In this document: piece by piece, positions 47,416-57,428 of the stretch
How positions within the stretch are numbered: the first letter of the stretch is position 1
How the letters are laid out: each line of letters opens with the position of its first letter
NCBI GenBank assembly: GCA_050951545.1
Contig: JBMNJG010000011.1
Location: 192,247-256,246, forward strand
From: Limnochordia bacterium
Lineage (GTDB): Bacteria; Bacillota; Limnochordia; DTU080
Reading direction: 5' to 3'
DNA: 64,000 nucleotides
Program-made: the position numbers and the translations under genes
The notes under the pieces: model-generated
Databases searched by the model: none
Told to the model about the DNA's origin: nothing
The model's input: only the letters and a program-made list of their open reading frames with translations

Positions 47416-49202
47416 GCCGGTTTGTGGGTTGGACGGTCAGAGGGGTTGCTGTCGGTGTTCTAGTTGGTATCCTATCCTTTGCTGGTCTGTTTGAGGGCTG
47501 CGAAAGACGTACCCTAGATGCACGCACAGCTTTCTGCGGTCGTTTCTTCCCCGACCGGGGGGAGTTGCCCATAGCTGTGGTGGCCATCGACGAGCAGGCG
47601 TTAGCTCAGTCCGGCCGTTGGCCATGGCGACGGGCAACCCTGGCCTCGCTTGTGCAGCGTGTGTTTGCTGAAGGGGCAGCGGTGGTAGCTGTGGATTTGC
47701 TGTTTTCGGAGCCTAGCACTGGCGATACTCAGCTGGCAGAAGCCCTATCGCTTGGCCCTAGTGTACTGGCAGTCTACGGTGAGGGCGACCGACAGGCGCG
47801 CCCTGTGCCTCCTCTGGCCGCCGTGGCCCAAGCGGGACATGTGGAAATGTATGTGGATGCTGATGCGGTGGCGCGCTCTGTGCCTCTTGAGCGCGGTGGC
47901 ACTCTGCCCTTCGGTGTGGTCGCTGCTCGTCGGTGGAGTGGGAAGTCAGGGTATCTCGGTCCGCCGGGGCAACCTTTGTGGCTTGACGTGAGGCTGCGTG
48001 AAGCGTCTAGAAGGCTCCACCTGGCGGCGCTCACGCCAACTGTGTCTGCAGCCGATGTCATGGACGGGAGTGTTCCAGAAGGTCTATTGGCGGGGAAGCT
48101 GGTGTTCATTGGGTTGGCAGCGGCTGGCACAGTCGGGCTTGATGCTCATATCACTCCCTTGCGCTATATGGGTCCTATTCCTGGAGTGTATGTCCAAGCA
48201 GCCCTCGCCCGCGCTGAGCTGGCCAATCGTCACCCGCTTCGTTCAGGGGTGTTGTTGTCAGCTCTCGTCATAGTGATTGTGGGGTTAACGACTGGCGCAG
48301 CTCTGGGACTAGGGGGTGCTGAACCGACGGGACTACGTGTCTATGGGTGGTTGGCGCAGGTGCTACCAGTAGTGACCGCCTACGGTGCAGTGACCCTGCT
48401 GCTGTGGGGGCGATGGGCTCTATGGTTGCCCTGGATCGGGCCCGTACTGACCTCAAGCGCCCTGACAGGCTGGGCAGGTTTGGAGCGAGGACTGCTGCAC
48501 GAACAAGAAAGACGACATCTACGCCGTTTGTTTGCCCGGTATCTCTCTCCTGCTGCTTTGCCAGAGCTTCTGGCTCGCAAGGATGAGTTGGGCCTGGCTG
48601 GCGTAGAGCGCCAGGTGGCCGTAGTCTTTGCTGATATTCGGGGTTTCACGGCTTTGGCCGAGCAGCTGACGCCTGTAGAGCTGATGGAGTTGGTCAACTT
48701 GTACCTGGAGACGTTAGCCCGTACGGTGCGTGAACACGGTGGTATGGTGGACAAGTACCTCGGAGATGGGCTCATGGCAGTCTTTGGTGCACCCTTGGCG
48801 TTGGCTCATCCCGCTGAAGCCGCTGTGGAGTGCGCCGTATGCATGCACGCTGCGGTAGCTCAGCTGCAGCCGCCTCCAGGCTTGCCTGCTTTCTCAGGTA
48901 TCGGTGTCGGCGTACATTTCGGAGAAGCCGTGCTGGGGACTATTGGTGGAGCAGAGCGCCTCGAGTATACTGCCCTTGGTGACGTTGTGAACGTGGCTTC
49001 CAGGCTGGAGGAACTAGCTGATCTGGGCTCGGTTGTGTTCACGGAAGCGGTCACTGATGGATTGTCGGAGGACAGTTGGCTTCGCAAGGCCACCCGAGAG
49101 GTGGGTTGTGTGGATGTGAGAGGAAAGAGCGCGCCGCTCAAGGTGTATCGGCTAGCAGTAGGGCCTGCAGGCAATGGTACGGGTGAGCCACGTGCCACGT
49201 AG
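47412..49202 (+). CDS. CHASE2 sensor domain-containing class III adenylate/guanylate cyclase
   Basis: ATGA overlap with the vanZ-like stop. N-terminal TM plus CHASE2 region, multi-TM segment, then cyclase core VAVVFADIRGFT ... GDGLMAVFGAP ... GVHFGEAVLGTIG. Confidence 0.85.
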   Translation: MSRFVGWTVRGVAVGVLVGILSFAGLFEGCERRTLDARTAFCGRFFPDRGELPIAVVAIDEQALAQSGRWPWRRATLASLVQRVFAEGAAVVAVDLLFSEPSTGDTQLAEALSLGPSVLAVYGEGDRQARPVPPLAAVAQAGHVEMYVDADAVARSVPLERGGTLPFGVVAARRWSGKSGYLGPPGQPLWLDVRLREASRRLHLAALTPTVSAADVMDGSVPEGLLAGKLVFIGLAAAGTVGLDAHITPLRYMGPIPGVYVQAALARAELANRHPLRSGVLLSALVIVIVGLTTGAALGLGGAEPTGLRVYGWLAQVLPVVTAYGAVTLLLWGRWALWLPWIGPVLTSSALTGWAGLERGLLHEQERRHLRRLFARYLSPAALPELLARKDELGLAGVERQVAVVFADIRGFTALAEQLTPVELMELVNLYLETLARTVREHGGMVDKYLGDGLMAVFGAPLALAHPAEAAVECAVCMHAAVAQLQPPPGLPAFSGIGVGVHFGEAVLGTIGGAERLEYTALGDVVNVASRLEELADLGSVVFTEAVTDGLSEDSWLRKATREVGCVDVRGKSAPLKVYRLAVGPAGNGTGEPRAT

Positions 49203-49249
49203 GCGCATGTTCTGGTTCGCCCTAGAAGACTGGCAGGTGGAGGACGGAT

Positions 49250-50374
49250 ATGCTGGCGAGGTTAGATAGCGACCATCAAAGATCCGTGTTTTTCGTCCTG
49301 GCGATAGCAGGATGTCTACTGGCATTGGCACTGTTAGTGATAGGCGCGGCGATGGGCCGGGCCCGTTCAGTTCCTTCGGAGGCAAGGGTACGCGTGGTCG
49401 CCATCAGTGGCGACGTGCGGGCTCGCACTGCTTCTTTTCTGCCGCGGCGTTGGCGTTCGTTAGCCGAACATGATCGGCTCTCTCCAAATGCTCACGTTGT
49501 AACTGGGTTAGAGGCAGCGGTGGAGCTTGAGCTGGGGAGCGGCGCACGGGTACGTTTGGGTCCCCAAAGTGCGGTGATCGTACGGAGCATGGGGGAGGGC
49601 GATTCTGGGGAACCAGCGTTGCGGGTGAGTTCCGGCACCGTGCTGGTGCATGTGCTTCGCGATCTCATGCGCGGCAGGCACTTCGCCGTGGAAACGCCTA
49701 CTGCAGTGGCAGGGGTGCGAGGCACCATCTTTGACGTGCGTGTTACGCCTGAGCACACCGCGATCTCTGTCTGGGAGGGTGTCGTGGAGGTAATGGCTCG
49801 TGCCAGCACGGAAGCAGTGCTTGTATCTGCGGGTGAAGAGGCAGTGGTGGACGTTAGCGCCAAGGCTGAGGTGCGCAAAGAGCCAGTGAGCATCAAGCAG
49901 CTGTGGGCACCACGTCAGGATTGGCTGAAGACGCAGAGCCTCTGGGAGAAAGAGCAGACAGGCGAAGACCATAGCCAGCCGCAGCAGAGCCTGGAGTCGC
50001 CAGGCCAAGAGGAACCCGAGAGCGCACGTGTACCCGATCCACAACCAGGGCGAGACCTGAAGCCCAGGGCGGAACGACAACCTGAAGTCCAACCCGAGCC
50101 CGAACAGGAACCAGAGACCGAACCCGAACCCAAGGATCCTGGGTCAGGGAAACAGCCACCTGCTGGGTCTATACGCCGGCCAAATTATGGTGCGACGCCG
50201 AAGCCGAGATCTCATGTGAGGCTGGCGCCGCCTGCGAGAGACAGTGGCGGGCATCCTGGGGTGGCCCGCGGCCTCGATTGGACCCATAAAGAGTCGAGAG
50301 GGAACTCGACCAGGGAGGAACAGAAGGGCCTGGCAATAGGCAGGGGGAATGGGCCTGGCAAGCGTCACAAATGA
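49250..50374 (+). CDS. FecR-domain protein with N-terminal TM anchor and acidic Pro/Glu-repeat tail
   Basis: TM helix; FecR-like beta core (ARVRLGPQSAVIV ... TPTAVAGVRGTIFDV). Tail QPEVQPEPEQEPETEPEPK. Confidence 0.7.
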   Translation: MLARLDSDHQRSVFFVLAIAGCLLALALLVIGAAMGRARSVPSEARVRVVAISGDVRARTASFLPRRWRSLAEHDRLSPNAHVVTGLEAAVELELGSGARVRLGPQSAVIVRSMGEGDSGEPALRVSSGTVLVHVLRDLMRGRHFAVETPTAVAGVRGTIFDVRVTPEHTAISVWEGVVEVMARASTEAVLVSAGEEAVVDVSAKAEVRKEPVSIKQLWAPRQDWLKTQSLWEKEQTGEDHSQPQQSLESPGQEEPESARVPDPQPGRDLKPRAERQPEVQPEPEQEPETEPEPKDPGSGKQPPAGSIRRPNYGATPKPRSHVRLAPPARDSGGHPGVARGLDWTHKESRGNSTREEQKGLAIGRGNGPGKRHK

Positions 50375-50502
50375 GCCTGAAAAGGCAGCGTTGATCGAGG
50401 CAGGAGCCGACCCGTCGGAAGGCGAAGAGGATACTGTTGGTTGTCACCAGTAACGTCGGAACTGCCTTGGCGCAGAAACGCCTGAAAACGGGGGGAAATG
50501 GC

Positions 50503-51204
50503 ATGATGAGTTCACCAGAGATGCTGCGGCGCATCCCCCTGTTCGCCGATCTCCATGAGAAAGATCTGCAGATGATGTATCGTCTGGCCTCGTCACAGCG
50601 ATTTCCTCGTGGCGCTACTATTTTCTTTGAGGAGGACCCTGGCGACGCCCTGTACATTGTGCTCCAGGGTATGGTGCGCATTTACAGGGTGGCTGATGAC
50701 GGGCGGGAAAAGACCCTCACCTTCTTAGAGGAGGGCGAGTTTTTTGGAGAGATGGCCCTACTCGACGGGGGACGTCGTTCGGCGATCGCTGAGGCATTGG
50801 AGGAGACGCGTACGCTTGTGATATTGCGTGCCGACTTCACCCGATTACTCTTGGAGCGTCCAGATATTGCCATGGAAGTCATCACAGTTCTCAGTCAGCG
50901 CTTGCGCCAAACGAACGCTCAGCTGATGGAGTCCATCTTCTGTGATACCCGGCAAAGAGTGGCTATTGCTTTGATCGACTTGGCTTCCAGGCATGGGCTT
51001 CCCTCGTCTGGCGGCATATCGATTGCGCTGAAGCTTACTCACCAGGAATTGGCCCACATGGTGGGTGCTGCCAGAGAGACTGTCAGCCGAGTCTTGGCCA
51101 GTCTCCAAGAGGAGGGGTTGTTGCTGACTGACGGGCGCCGACTCGTCGTAGTAGACATGAAGGGATTGGCTCAGTTGGGCGGGTCAGCGGCTCCTGGTGA
51201 GTAG
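50503..51204 (+). CDS. Crp/Fnr family cyclic-nucleotide-binding transcriptional regulator
   Basis: cNMP-binding beta-roll (FFEEDPGDALYIVLQGMVRIY ... FFGEMALLDG ... RSAIAEA) plus C-terminal HTH (QELAHMVGAARETVSRVL). Confidence 0.85.
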   Translation: MMSSPEMLRRIPLFADLHEKDLQMMYRLASSQRFPRGATIFFEEDPGDALYIVLQGMVRIYRVADDGREKTLTFLEEGEFFGEMALLDGGRRSAIAEALEETRTLVILRADFTRLLLERPDIAMEVITVLSQRLRQTNAQLMESIFCDTRQRVAIALIDLASRHGLPSSGGISIALKLTHQELAHMVGAARETVSRVLASLQEEGLLLTDGRRLVVVDMKGLAQLGGSAAPGE

Positions 51205-51300
51205 TTGGGAGCTTGACCTGATGTCTCTGACGAGAACCGTTCGACGCTGTACTGGCTAGATGCCGCTGACCGTGCCTAGCAGCGCCACGACACGGCGGCG

Positions 51301-52245
51301 ATGCAACATCCATGCTGCTTCGAGGAAGGTGGTAGTTTGACAGGCCGTAGGCCCATCGCGGCAGATGCTGTCGCAGACACACTGAAGCAGGGCCTGGCGG
51401 TTATCACGAGTGCATGCCGCCAGGCGACTGAGTTGCACGATGCGCTGCAGACCGTTTCCTTGTCATCACAGATAGAAGAGGTTAGTCAGGACAGTCTGGT
51501 CCAAGTGCTTGAGGTGGCCACGGCGTTGGAGGAGGATATCGCGACGTCAGCATTTCTCGTTAACGACGTTCTTTGTAGGGCGCGTGGCTGTGTCGGTGAC
51601 CGGATCATCCAAGCACAGGAAGACGAACGGCGCCACCTGGCGAGAGAGATGCACGACGGTCCAGCGCAATCAATGGCCAATCTAGTGATGCGCGTAGAGA
51701 TCTGTGAGCGCTTGTTGGCAGCGAAACGGCCTGAGGTCATGCAAGAGCTGAGTCAACTGAAGATGCTGGTCAAAGAGTCTTTGCGCGAAGTACGGCAGAT
51801 CATCTTTGATTTGCATCCTATGTCGCTCGACACCTTGGGTCTTGTGCCAAGTATGCAGCGCTACTTTGACAATCTGCAGGAACGAGAAGGGGAGGCTATC
51901 CACTTTCGGGTGACAGGACAGATACGGAGCCTACCTGCAACCATGGAGGTAGCCTTGTTTCGGATGATCCAGGAAGCGGTTAGCAATGCTCGCAAGCACG
52001 CTCAAGCGACTCAGATTCGAGTACAGCTGGGGTTCTCTGATGGCTATGTGAGCGCCTCGGTCACTGACGACGGAGTTGGTTTTGACGTCCACCTTGTGGA
52101 GGAAGGCCGTATCCACCATCAGTCTTTTGGCTTGATCGGTATGCGTGAGCGGGCAGCATTGCTCGCTGGTGAGCTGTCGGTGGAGAGTCAGCTCGGCGTC
52201 GGAACCACTGTGAGGATTTGCCTACCAGCACCCAAGGAAGAGTAA
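51301..52245 (+). CDS. Cytoplasmic sensor histidine kinase (HisKA_3/DegS-NarX type)
   Basis: EDERRHLAREMHDGPAQ H-box; HATPase_c (VSNARKHAQA ... DDGVGFD ... GLIGMRERA). No TM segments. Confidence 0.85.
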   Translation: MQHPCCFEEGGSLTGRRPIAADAVADTLKQGLAVITSACRQATELHDALQTVSLSSQIEEVSQDSLVQVLEVATALEEDIATSAFLVNDVLCRARGCVGDRIIQAQEDERRHLAREMHDGPAQSMANLVMRVEICERLLAAKRPEVMQELSQLKMLVKESLREVRQIIFDLHPMSLDTLGLVPSMQRYFDNLQEREGEAIHFRVTGQIRSLPATMEVALFRMIQEAVSNARKHAQATQIRVQLGFSDGYVSASVTDDGVGFDVHLVEEGRIHHQSFGLIGMRERAALLAGELSVESQLGVGTTVRICLPAPKEE

Positions 52246-52280
52246 CAGCTCCGCGCTACCCACCAATGGAGGGACTGCAA

Positions 52281-52964
52281 GTGCCGCCGATTCGTGTGCT
52301 GATTGCCGATGATCACGCTCTCTTGCGCGAGGGCTTAAGGCGTATATTGGAGCTTGAACCAGACCTTGAGGTTGTAGGCGAGGCCAGCGATGGAGAGGAA
52401 GCCTTGCAGAAGGCGAAAGAGCTCTTGCCGAATGTGATCTTGATGGATATCCACATGCCAGGCATGGGGGGACTCGAGGCTACACGGGCGATTCGCGAGC
52501 ATGTGCCTTCTGCGGACATTATCGTACTCACCATTCACGATGGCGATGAGTATGTGGTGGAAATGGTTAACGCCGGAGCCAAGGGTTATGTACTGAAAGA
52601 CGTGGAACCAGCCACGGTTGTGGAGGCCATTCACAGGGTCCATGAGGGCGAGTCGTTTATCCCCAGTGATCTGATGGTCAAGGTGTTTCGCGAGTTTCAG
52701 CGCATCTCCGCTTACCAGAGGGCGATCTCGGACGCACCCACTGACCATCCTGGTGTTCAGGATGAGAGGCTTACCGCCCGCGAACTGGAAGTGCTACAGC
52801 ACATTGTGTACGGAGAGACCAATAAGGAGATAGCTGCTTCACTGTTTATCAGTGAGAAGACCGTGAAGAATCACGTTACCAATATCCTAAGAAAACTGGG
52901 TCTCTCGGACAGAACACAGGCCGCCGTCTATGCCCTGCGTCATGGGTTGGTGCGGGCGGAGTGA
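52281..52964 (+). CDS. NarL/FixJ-family response regulator (REC + LuxR HTH)
   Basis: GTG 7 nt after GGAGGG; IRVLIADDHALLREGL, MDIHMPGMGG, LTARELEVLQHIVYGETNKEIAASLFISEKTVKNHV. Confidence 0.85.
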   Translation: MPPIRVLIADDHALLREGLRRILELEPDLEVVGEASDGEEALQKAKELLPNVILMDIHMPGMGGLEATRAIREHVPSADIIVLTIHDGDEYVVEMVNAGAKGYVLKDVEPATVVEAIHRVHEGESFIPSDLMVKVFREFQRISAYQRAISDAPTDHPGVQDERLTARELEVLQHIVYGETNKEIAASLFISEKTVKNHVTNILRKLGLSDRTQAAVYALRHGLVRAE

Positions 52965-53157
52965 CAGTCTGGGAGCCGAGTGTATGTATTAGGATGGGAC
53001 ACCTCGTCCATGCCGTGCGAACAGGTCCCAGGCAAGTCCCGCTAGAGTTGGTTGGGGTGGGACTTGGGGTGCACACGAAAATGAGTCTATCGACTGATTC
53101 CGCATGTGACCTTGTTCGGTATACAATAAACTCGTCGCAACACCAATGTTGCCTCGC

Positions 53158-53210
53158 GGAAGAGATCAGTAATCAGCCCCCGCTCCTTGCGATCTCTTCC
53201 GCCTTTTTCT
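53158..53210 (+). terminator. Rho-independent terminator about 190 nt downstream of the response-regulator gene
   Basis: GGAAGAGATC-(25 nt)-GATCTCTTCC followed by GCCTTTTTCTGCC. Confidence 0.5.
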
Positions 53211-53289
53211 GCCCAGACTAACCTACCATGGGTTAGGGTAGTACGCGTGTGTATCATTGGAGCCCTAGGGTCGTTAGGGGGATGCCTTC

Positions 53290-54495
53290 ATGCAGACTAT
53301 TCGTGTGCTGATAGCCGATGATACGGCCGAGACCAGGGCCAATGTGCGGCGATTGCTGCAGCTTGTGGGTGGCTTTGAGGTTGTCGATGAAGTGCCAGAT
53401 GGGCAAGTTGCGGTGAAGAGGGCTCTACAACTGCAGCCGGACTGTGTACTGCTTGATGTGAACATGCCAGTCATGGGTGGTATCGCCGCTGCAGAGCAGC
53501 TGTCACTGCACGCGCCGCAGATTGCCATTGTGATGATGTCTGTCCTCAGTGAGCAGGAGTTTCTACGCCAAGCGATGGGCGCAGGTGCCCGCGATTATCT
53601 TCTCAAGCCCTTCGGCGCAGAGGAGCTGGCTCGCTCTATTCGCCGCGCTGTAGCGACATTGCGCCGGGGCAATCCAGAGGTTTCCCCCACCGTCAGTCGT
53701 TTGCTTCTCGTGGCCGGACCTAAAGGTGGCGTTGGCCGGACCACTGTAGCCACCAATCTCGCTGTGGGTTTGGCCATGCGAGATGAGTCGACATGCCTGA
53801 TAGATCTTAATGGACAGCTTGGTAGTGCGGTGATGGCTCTTGGTATCCTGCCGCATCGGACCCTGGCTCATTTAGGGGGAGGTGAAGGTTGCAGCCCGGA
53901 GGCTCTGCAGGCCACTTTGCAGAGGCACACCAGCGGCTTGGATATCTTGGCGAGCCCCACACTTCCCGAAGAGGCTGGGATGGTTACTCCTCAGCTTGTG
54001 GATGAGATCCTTTCGGCCCTCGCCAGTCTTTATACGTGGGTCATCGTGGATGCACCGGCCTGTTTGGGAGCGCTGGTCTTGGCGGTGTTGGACCACCAAC
54101 CCGAATGCCTGTTAGTGATCACACCGGACTTGGCTGCTGCGCGCAACGCTGGCCAGTTTCTGCAGACATGGCGAGCTCTAGACCTTAATGTCAGCGAGAT
54201 CGCAGTCATACTCAACCGCGTGACACCGAGATCACCCATCTCCCACGAAGTGATCGCTGGCCATCTGGGGTTGCCCGTAGACATGCAGATTCCGGAGGAC
54301 GTGGCAGCCATGGGCGTAGCTGCGATGAACGGCAGACCTGTCGTGATGGATGGTAGGCGCACGTCTTCCGGACGGGCTCTGCAGGCCTTGCTCGATAGAG
54401 TGCAAGGGATACCACGACACACAGGCCGCGGCTCACCTTGGCTCACTTTGGCTCGCCAAATGAGGGCTGGCTTGGTCAACGCCTATCGCCCTTGA
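53290..54495 (+). CDS. Response-regulator receiver domain fused to ParA/MinD-like ATPase (CpaE/TadZ-like)
   Basis: REC domain (IRVLIADD ... LLDVNMPVMGG ... DYLLKPF), then deviant Walker A VAGPKGGVGRTTVATNLAVGLA and ParA-like core. RBS AGGGGGA. Confidence 0.8.
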   Translation: MQTIRVLIADDTAETRANVRRLLQLVGGFEVVDEVPDGQVAVKRALQLQPDCVLLDVNMPVMGGIAAAEQLSLHAPQIAIVMMSVLSEQEFLRQAMGAGARDYLLKPFGAEELARSIRRAVATLRRGNPEVSPTVSRLLLVAGPKGGVGRTTVATNLAVGLAMRDESTCLIDLNGQLGSAVMALGILPHRTLAHLGGGEGCSPEALQATLQRHTSGLDILASPTLPEEAGMVTPQLVDEILSALASLYTWVIVDAPACLGALVLAVLDHQPECLLVITPDLAAARNAGQFLQTWRALDLNVSEIAVILNRVTPRSPISHEVIAGHLGLPVDMQIPEDVAAMGVAAMNGRPVVMDGRRTSSGRALQALLDRVQGIPRHTGRGSPWLTLARQMRAGLVNAYRP

Positions 54496-54615
54496 ACTCC
54501 ACACTAGCTAATAGTGCATGACGGGACGAATCCTTCTTCGGTCCTAGCACGGCTTACCTCGCAGCGAATAGCATGGGCGTGAGATGCGAATCCATTCTGG
54601 CTGCGGGGGTTGTCA

Positions 54616-54867
54616 ATGGACAAGAAACTGCAGAAAGGCAGGGAGCGTTTGGCGGACCTTTCGCAGCGCGAAAGAGACGTCCTGAAGCTAATTGCGCTTG
54701 GTCTTGCTAATGATGAGATCGCTACCAAGTTATTTATCAGCCCTCACACCGTGAAGAATCACGTCAGCAACATCTACCGCAAGCTGGGGATCGATGACCG
54801 CACCCAGGTCGCCCTTGTAGCGTTACGCCTGGGAATCGTGTCTCTCGACCACCTAGACAAAGCGTAG
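54616..54867 (+). CDS. LuxR/GerE-family HTH transcriptional regulator (single-domain, 83 aa)
   Basis: LSQRERDVLKLIALGLANDEIATKLFISPHTVKNHVSNIYRKLGI. Confidence 0.7.
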   Translation: MDKKLQKGRERLADLSQRERDVLKLIALGLANDEIATKLFISPHTVKNHVSNIYRKLGIDDRTQVALVALRLGIVSLDHLDKA

Positions 54868-54897
54868 GGTCATGGTGTGGGAGCGATCCGCCCGTAG

Positions 54898-54929
54898 GGC
54901 CAGGCCCTGTGCTCAAGCAGGGCCTGGCG
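54898..54929 (+). terminator. GC-rich hairpin downstream of gerE-like gene (candidate terminator, no T tract)
   Basis: GGCCAGGCCCTG-tgctcaag-CAGGGCCTGGC. Confidence 0.35.
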
Positions 54930-55017
54930 GCCATGGAGGAGCCTGGACCCGGCTTGTCGAAGGAACCATTATTGCAGTGTTTTGGGGCCTTAAGGCAACC
55001 GCACGGAGGACAGGTTC

Positions 55018-57228
55018 TTGGAGGAAAAGCGCACAGAACTCACGGGAATGGTCAGTCGCATCACTTACAGTAATGAGCGAAATCACTACACGGTTCTTCG
55101 TCTCGATACGTCCGATGGTGAAGTGACTGCTGTTGGGACTTTCCCTGCCGTTGGCCCGGGCGAGCAGCTTCTGCTGACGGGCGAATGGCGCGTCCATCCC
55201 CAATATGGCAAGCAGTTTCACGTTCATAGCCATCGCCAACTCGCTCCGGCTACTCTACAAGGATTGGAGCGTTATCTCAGCTCTCATCTCATCAAAGGTA
55301 TTGGTCCTGCATTGGCCAAGCGACTGGTCGCTAGGTTTGGTCTGGATACTCTGAAGGTGATCAGTGAGACCCCCGAGCTTCTCGCTGAGGTGCCAGGCCT
55401 GGGGGCGCAACGGCGCAAGAGCCTCACAGACGCAGTAGCAGCTCACCGAGCTGTGCAGGATATCATGGTTTTCCTGCAGGGCTTGGGAGCGGGGCCAGCA
55501 TTGGCGGCGAGGATCTACAGGCATTACGGCACTCAGGCTGCAGATGTGTTGCGCCGTGATCCCTACCGCCTGGCCAATGAGGTATATGGCATCGGTTTTC
55601 ATACTGCAGACCGCATTGCTCGTGAAATAGGGGTTGGGGCTCATTCTGTGGAGCGGGCGCAAGCAGCTGTACTGCATCTGCTCGACAGGGCAGCAGACCA
55701 AGGGCACATGTGCCTTCCGTTTGCGGAACTCATGGCCGAAGGAGAGAAAGAGCTTTCGGTACACCAAGACCAGATTCGGGAAGCTGTGGGGCATCTGGCC
55801 GCCAGCGGAAGGCTGGTAGTAGAAGCAGAGACTGCGGACCACCTGGTCTATCTGTCGCGCCTGCATTGGGCCGAGCGGCAGGTGGCCGACCTGCTCTTTG
55901 GTCTAGCGCAGGCTCCGCGTCTCGTGGAGCTACCGCTAGATGAGGTTGATGGAGAGCAACGCGCACAGGGCACGCACCTGACCACAGAACAATGGCGAGC
56001 CGTCAAAGCAGCTCTTCTGGGTGGTGTCGTGGTTATCACTGGCGGCCCAGGTACTGGCAAAACCACTGTCGTGCGCGAGGTACTCAGTGGGGCTATAGCG
56101 GCTGGGTTGGGTGTGCTCTTGGCAGCTCCGACGGGGCGGGCGGCCAAGAGGTTGCAGGAGGCAACCGGGATGCGGGCGGCGACTATCCATCGGCTTCTCG
56201 AGTATGGTCTCAGTACAGCTGATGGGAGGCCCGGTTTCCAGAGGAATGCAGACAACCCGCTTCAGACGGACATGCTTGTCATTGATGAGGCATCGATGCT
56301 GGATGCACCACTGGCTTGCCACTTGCTGCGGGCGATCAAACCCGGGACGACGCTCGTCTTGGTGGGAGACGCTGATCAACTGCCGTCGGTAGGACCCGGT
56401 ACGGTATTGCGTGATGTCATTCGCTCTGGCTGCGTGCCAGTTGTGAGGCTGACTACGATATTTCGGCAAGCTGAGGAGAGCATGATCGTTACCAACGCCC
56501 ATCGCATCAATCGAGGGGAGCAGCCTATCTGTAACCACCCAGGCAGTGACTTCTTTCTCGTGGAGGAGGCGGAGCCCACGGCCATCAGTGAGCGTCTCCG
56601 CGAATTGGTGACGGAGCGCTTACCGCGCTATCTGAGCTGTGATCCCTATGCTGACATTCAGGTATTGTCTCCTGTACGTCGGGGGGCTGCTGGGGTTGAG
56701 CATCTGAACACTGTGCTGCAAAGTGCGCTTAACCCTTTGGTTCGTTCGGTGCCCGATGCAGGTATGGGTGATCTGTTCCCTGGAGATCGGGTCATGCAGG
56801 TGCGCAACAACTACGATAAGATGGTGTTCAACGGAGACATAGGCCTGGTTAAGACGGTCGATCGTGACAGTGGAACTGTGCTCGTCGCTTTTTCGGATAG
56901 AGATGAAGGGGCAGACGTTGTCTACGCAGGGGATGAGCTGGATGAGCTGAGCTTGGCCTACGCGATGTCGGTTCATAAGAGCCAAGGCAGTGAGTTTCCG
57001 ATTGTTGTGCTGGCCATGCCCCGTGTCATGCCCGCTCTTATGACGCGAAATCTCCTGTATACAGCAGTGACGCGAGCACAGCGCTTCGTGGTGTTGGTGG
57101 GCCAGAGAAGCACTGTTGCCCTCTATGTTTTCAATGACAAAGCCATGCATCGCTATGGACAGCTTGCTGAGCGGCTTCAAAGTGCAGACAAGGAGATCCG
57201 TAGCTCGCGGGATCCGGCAGATCCGTAG
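55018..57228 (+). CDS. recD2: RecD2-type ATP-dependent DNA helicase (RecD-like, SF1B)
   Basis: N-terminal OB/HhH part (RITYSNERNHYTVLRL; GIGPALAKRLVARFG), Walker A ITGGPGTGKTT, DEASMLD, C-terminal SH3-like and UvrD_C-like regions. TTG start after GGAGGA. Confidence 0.9.
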   Translation: MEEKRTELTGMVSRITYSNERNHYTVLRLDTSDGEVTAVGTFPAVGPGEQLLLTGEWRVHPQYGKQFHVHSHRQLAPATLQGLERYLSSHLIKGIGPALAKRLVARFGLDTLKVISETPELLAEVPGLGAQRRKSLTDAVAAHRAVQDIMVFLQGLGAGPALAARIYRHYGTQAADVLRRDPYRLANEVYGIGFHTADRIAREIGVGAHSVERAQAAVLHLLDRAADQGHMCLPFAELMAEGEKELSVHQDQIREAVGHLAASGRLVVEAETADHLVYLSRLHWAERQVADLLFGLAQAPRLVELPLDEVDGEQRAQGTHLTTEQWRAVKAALLGGVVVITGGPGTGKTTVVREVLSGAIAAGLGVLLAAPTGRAAKRLQEATGMRAATIHRLLEYGLSTADGRPGFQRNADNPLQTDMLVIDEASMLDAPLACHLLRAIKPGTTLVLVGDADQLPSVGPGTVLRDVIRSGCVPVVRLTTIFRQAEESMIVTNAHRINRGEQPICNHPGSDFFLVEEAEPTAISERLRELVTERLPRYLSCDPYADIQVLSPVRRGAAGVEHLNTVLQSALNPLVRSVPDAGMGDLFPGDRVMQVRNNYDKMVFNGDIGLVKTVDRDSGTVLVAFSDRDEGADVVYAGDELDELSLAYAMSVHKSQGSEFPIVVLAMPRVMPALMTRNLLYTAVTRAQRFVVLVGQRSTVALYVFNDKAMHRYGQLAERLQSADKEIRSSRDPADP

Positions 57229-57428
57229 CGGCGTCGATATCCGACTATTGCCACGCAGGAAAGAAATAGAGAGGCAGGGAAGTACTACGTTTGAAGCACT
57301 AGTGACTAACGCGCATGCCTGCATGTTACCCATTACGGGAATGTGAGAATTGCAGCCGCCGCTGAGATCTAGCGGGAAGGGCGTACCATGTTGCCAAGGA
57401 AGTTCAACACCGTTGAGGAGGGAGTCTT

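Noticed and set aside
50040-50160. Tandem CCNGAAC/CCCGAA-type nucleotide repeats
   Set aside because: They encode the Pro/Glu-repeat linker (PEVQPEPEQEPETEPEPK) of the FecR-domain protein, a coding low-complexity region rather than a DNA repeat element.
52961-53221. 86-aa ORF spanning the response-regulator stop and the downstream terminator
   Set aside because: Overlaps the stop codon of a real gene and runs through a terminator hairpin; it reads as a 3' UTR.
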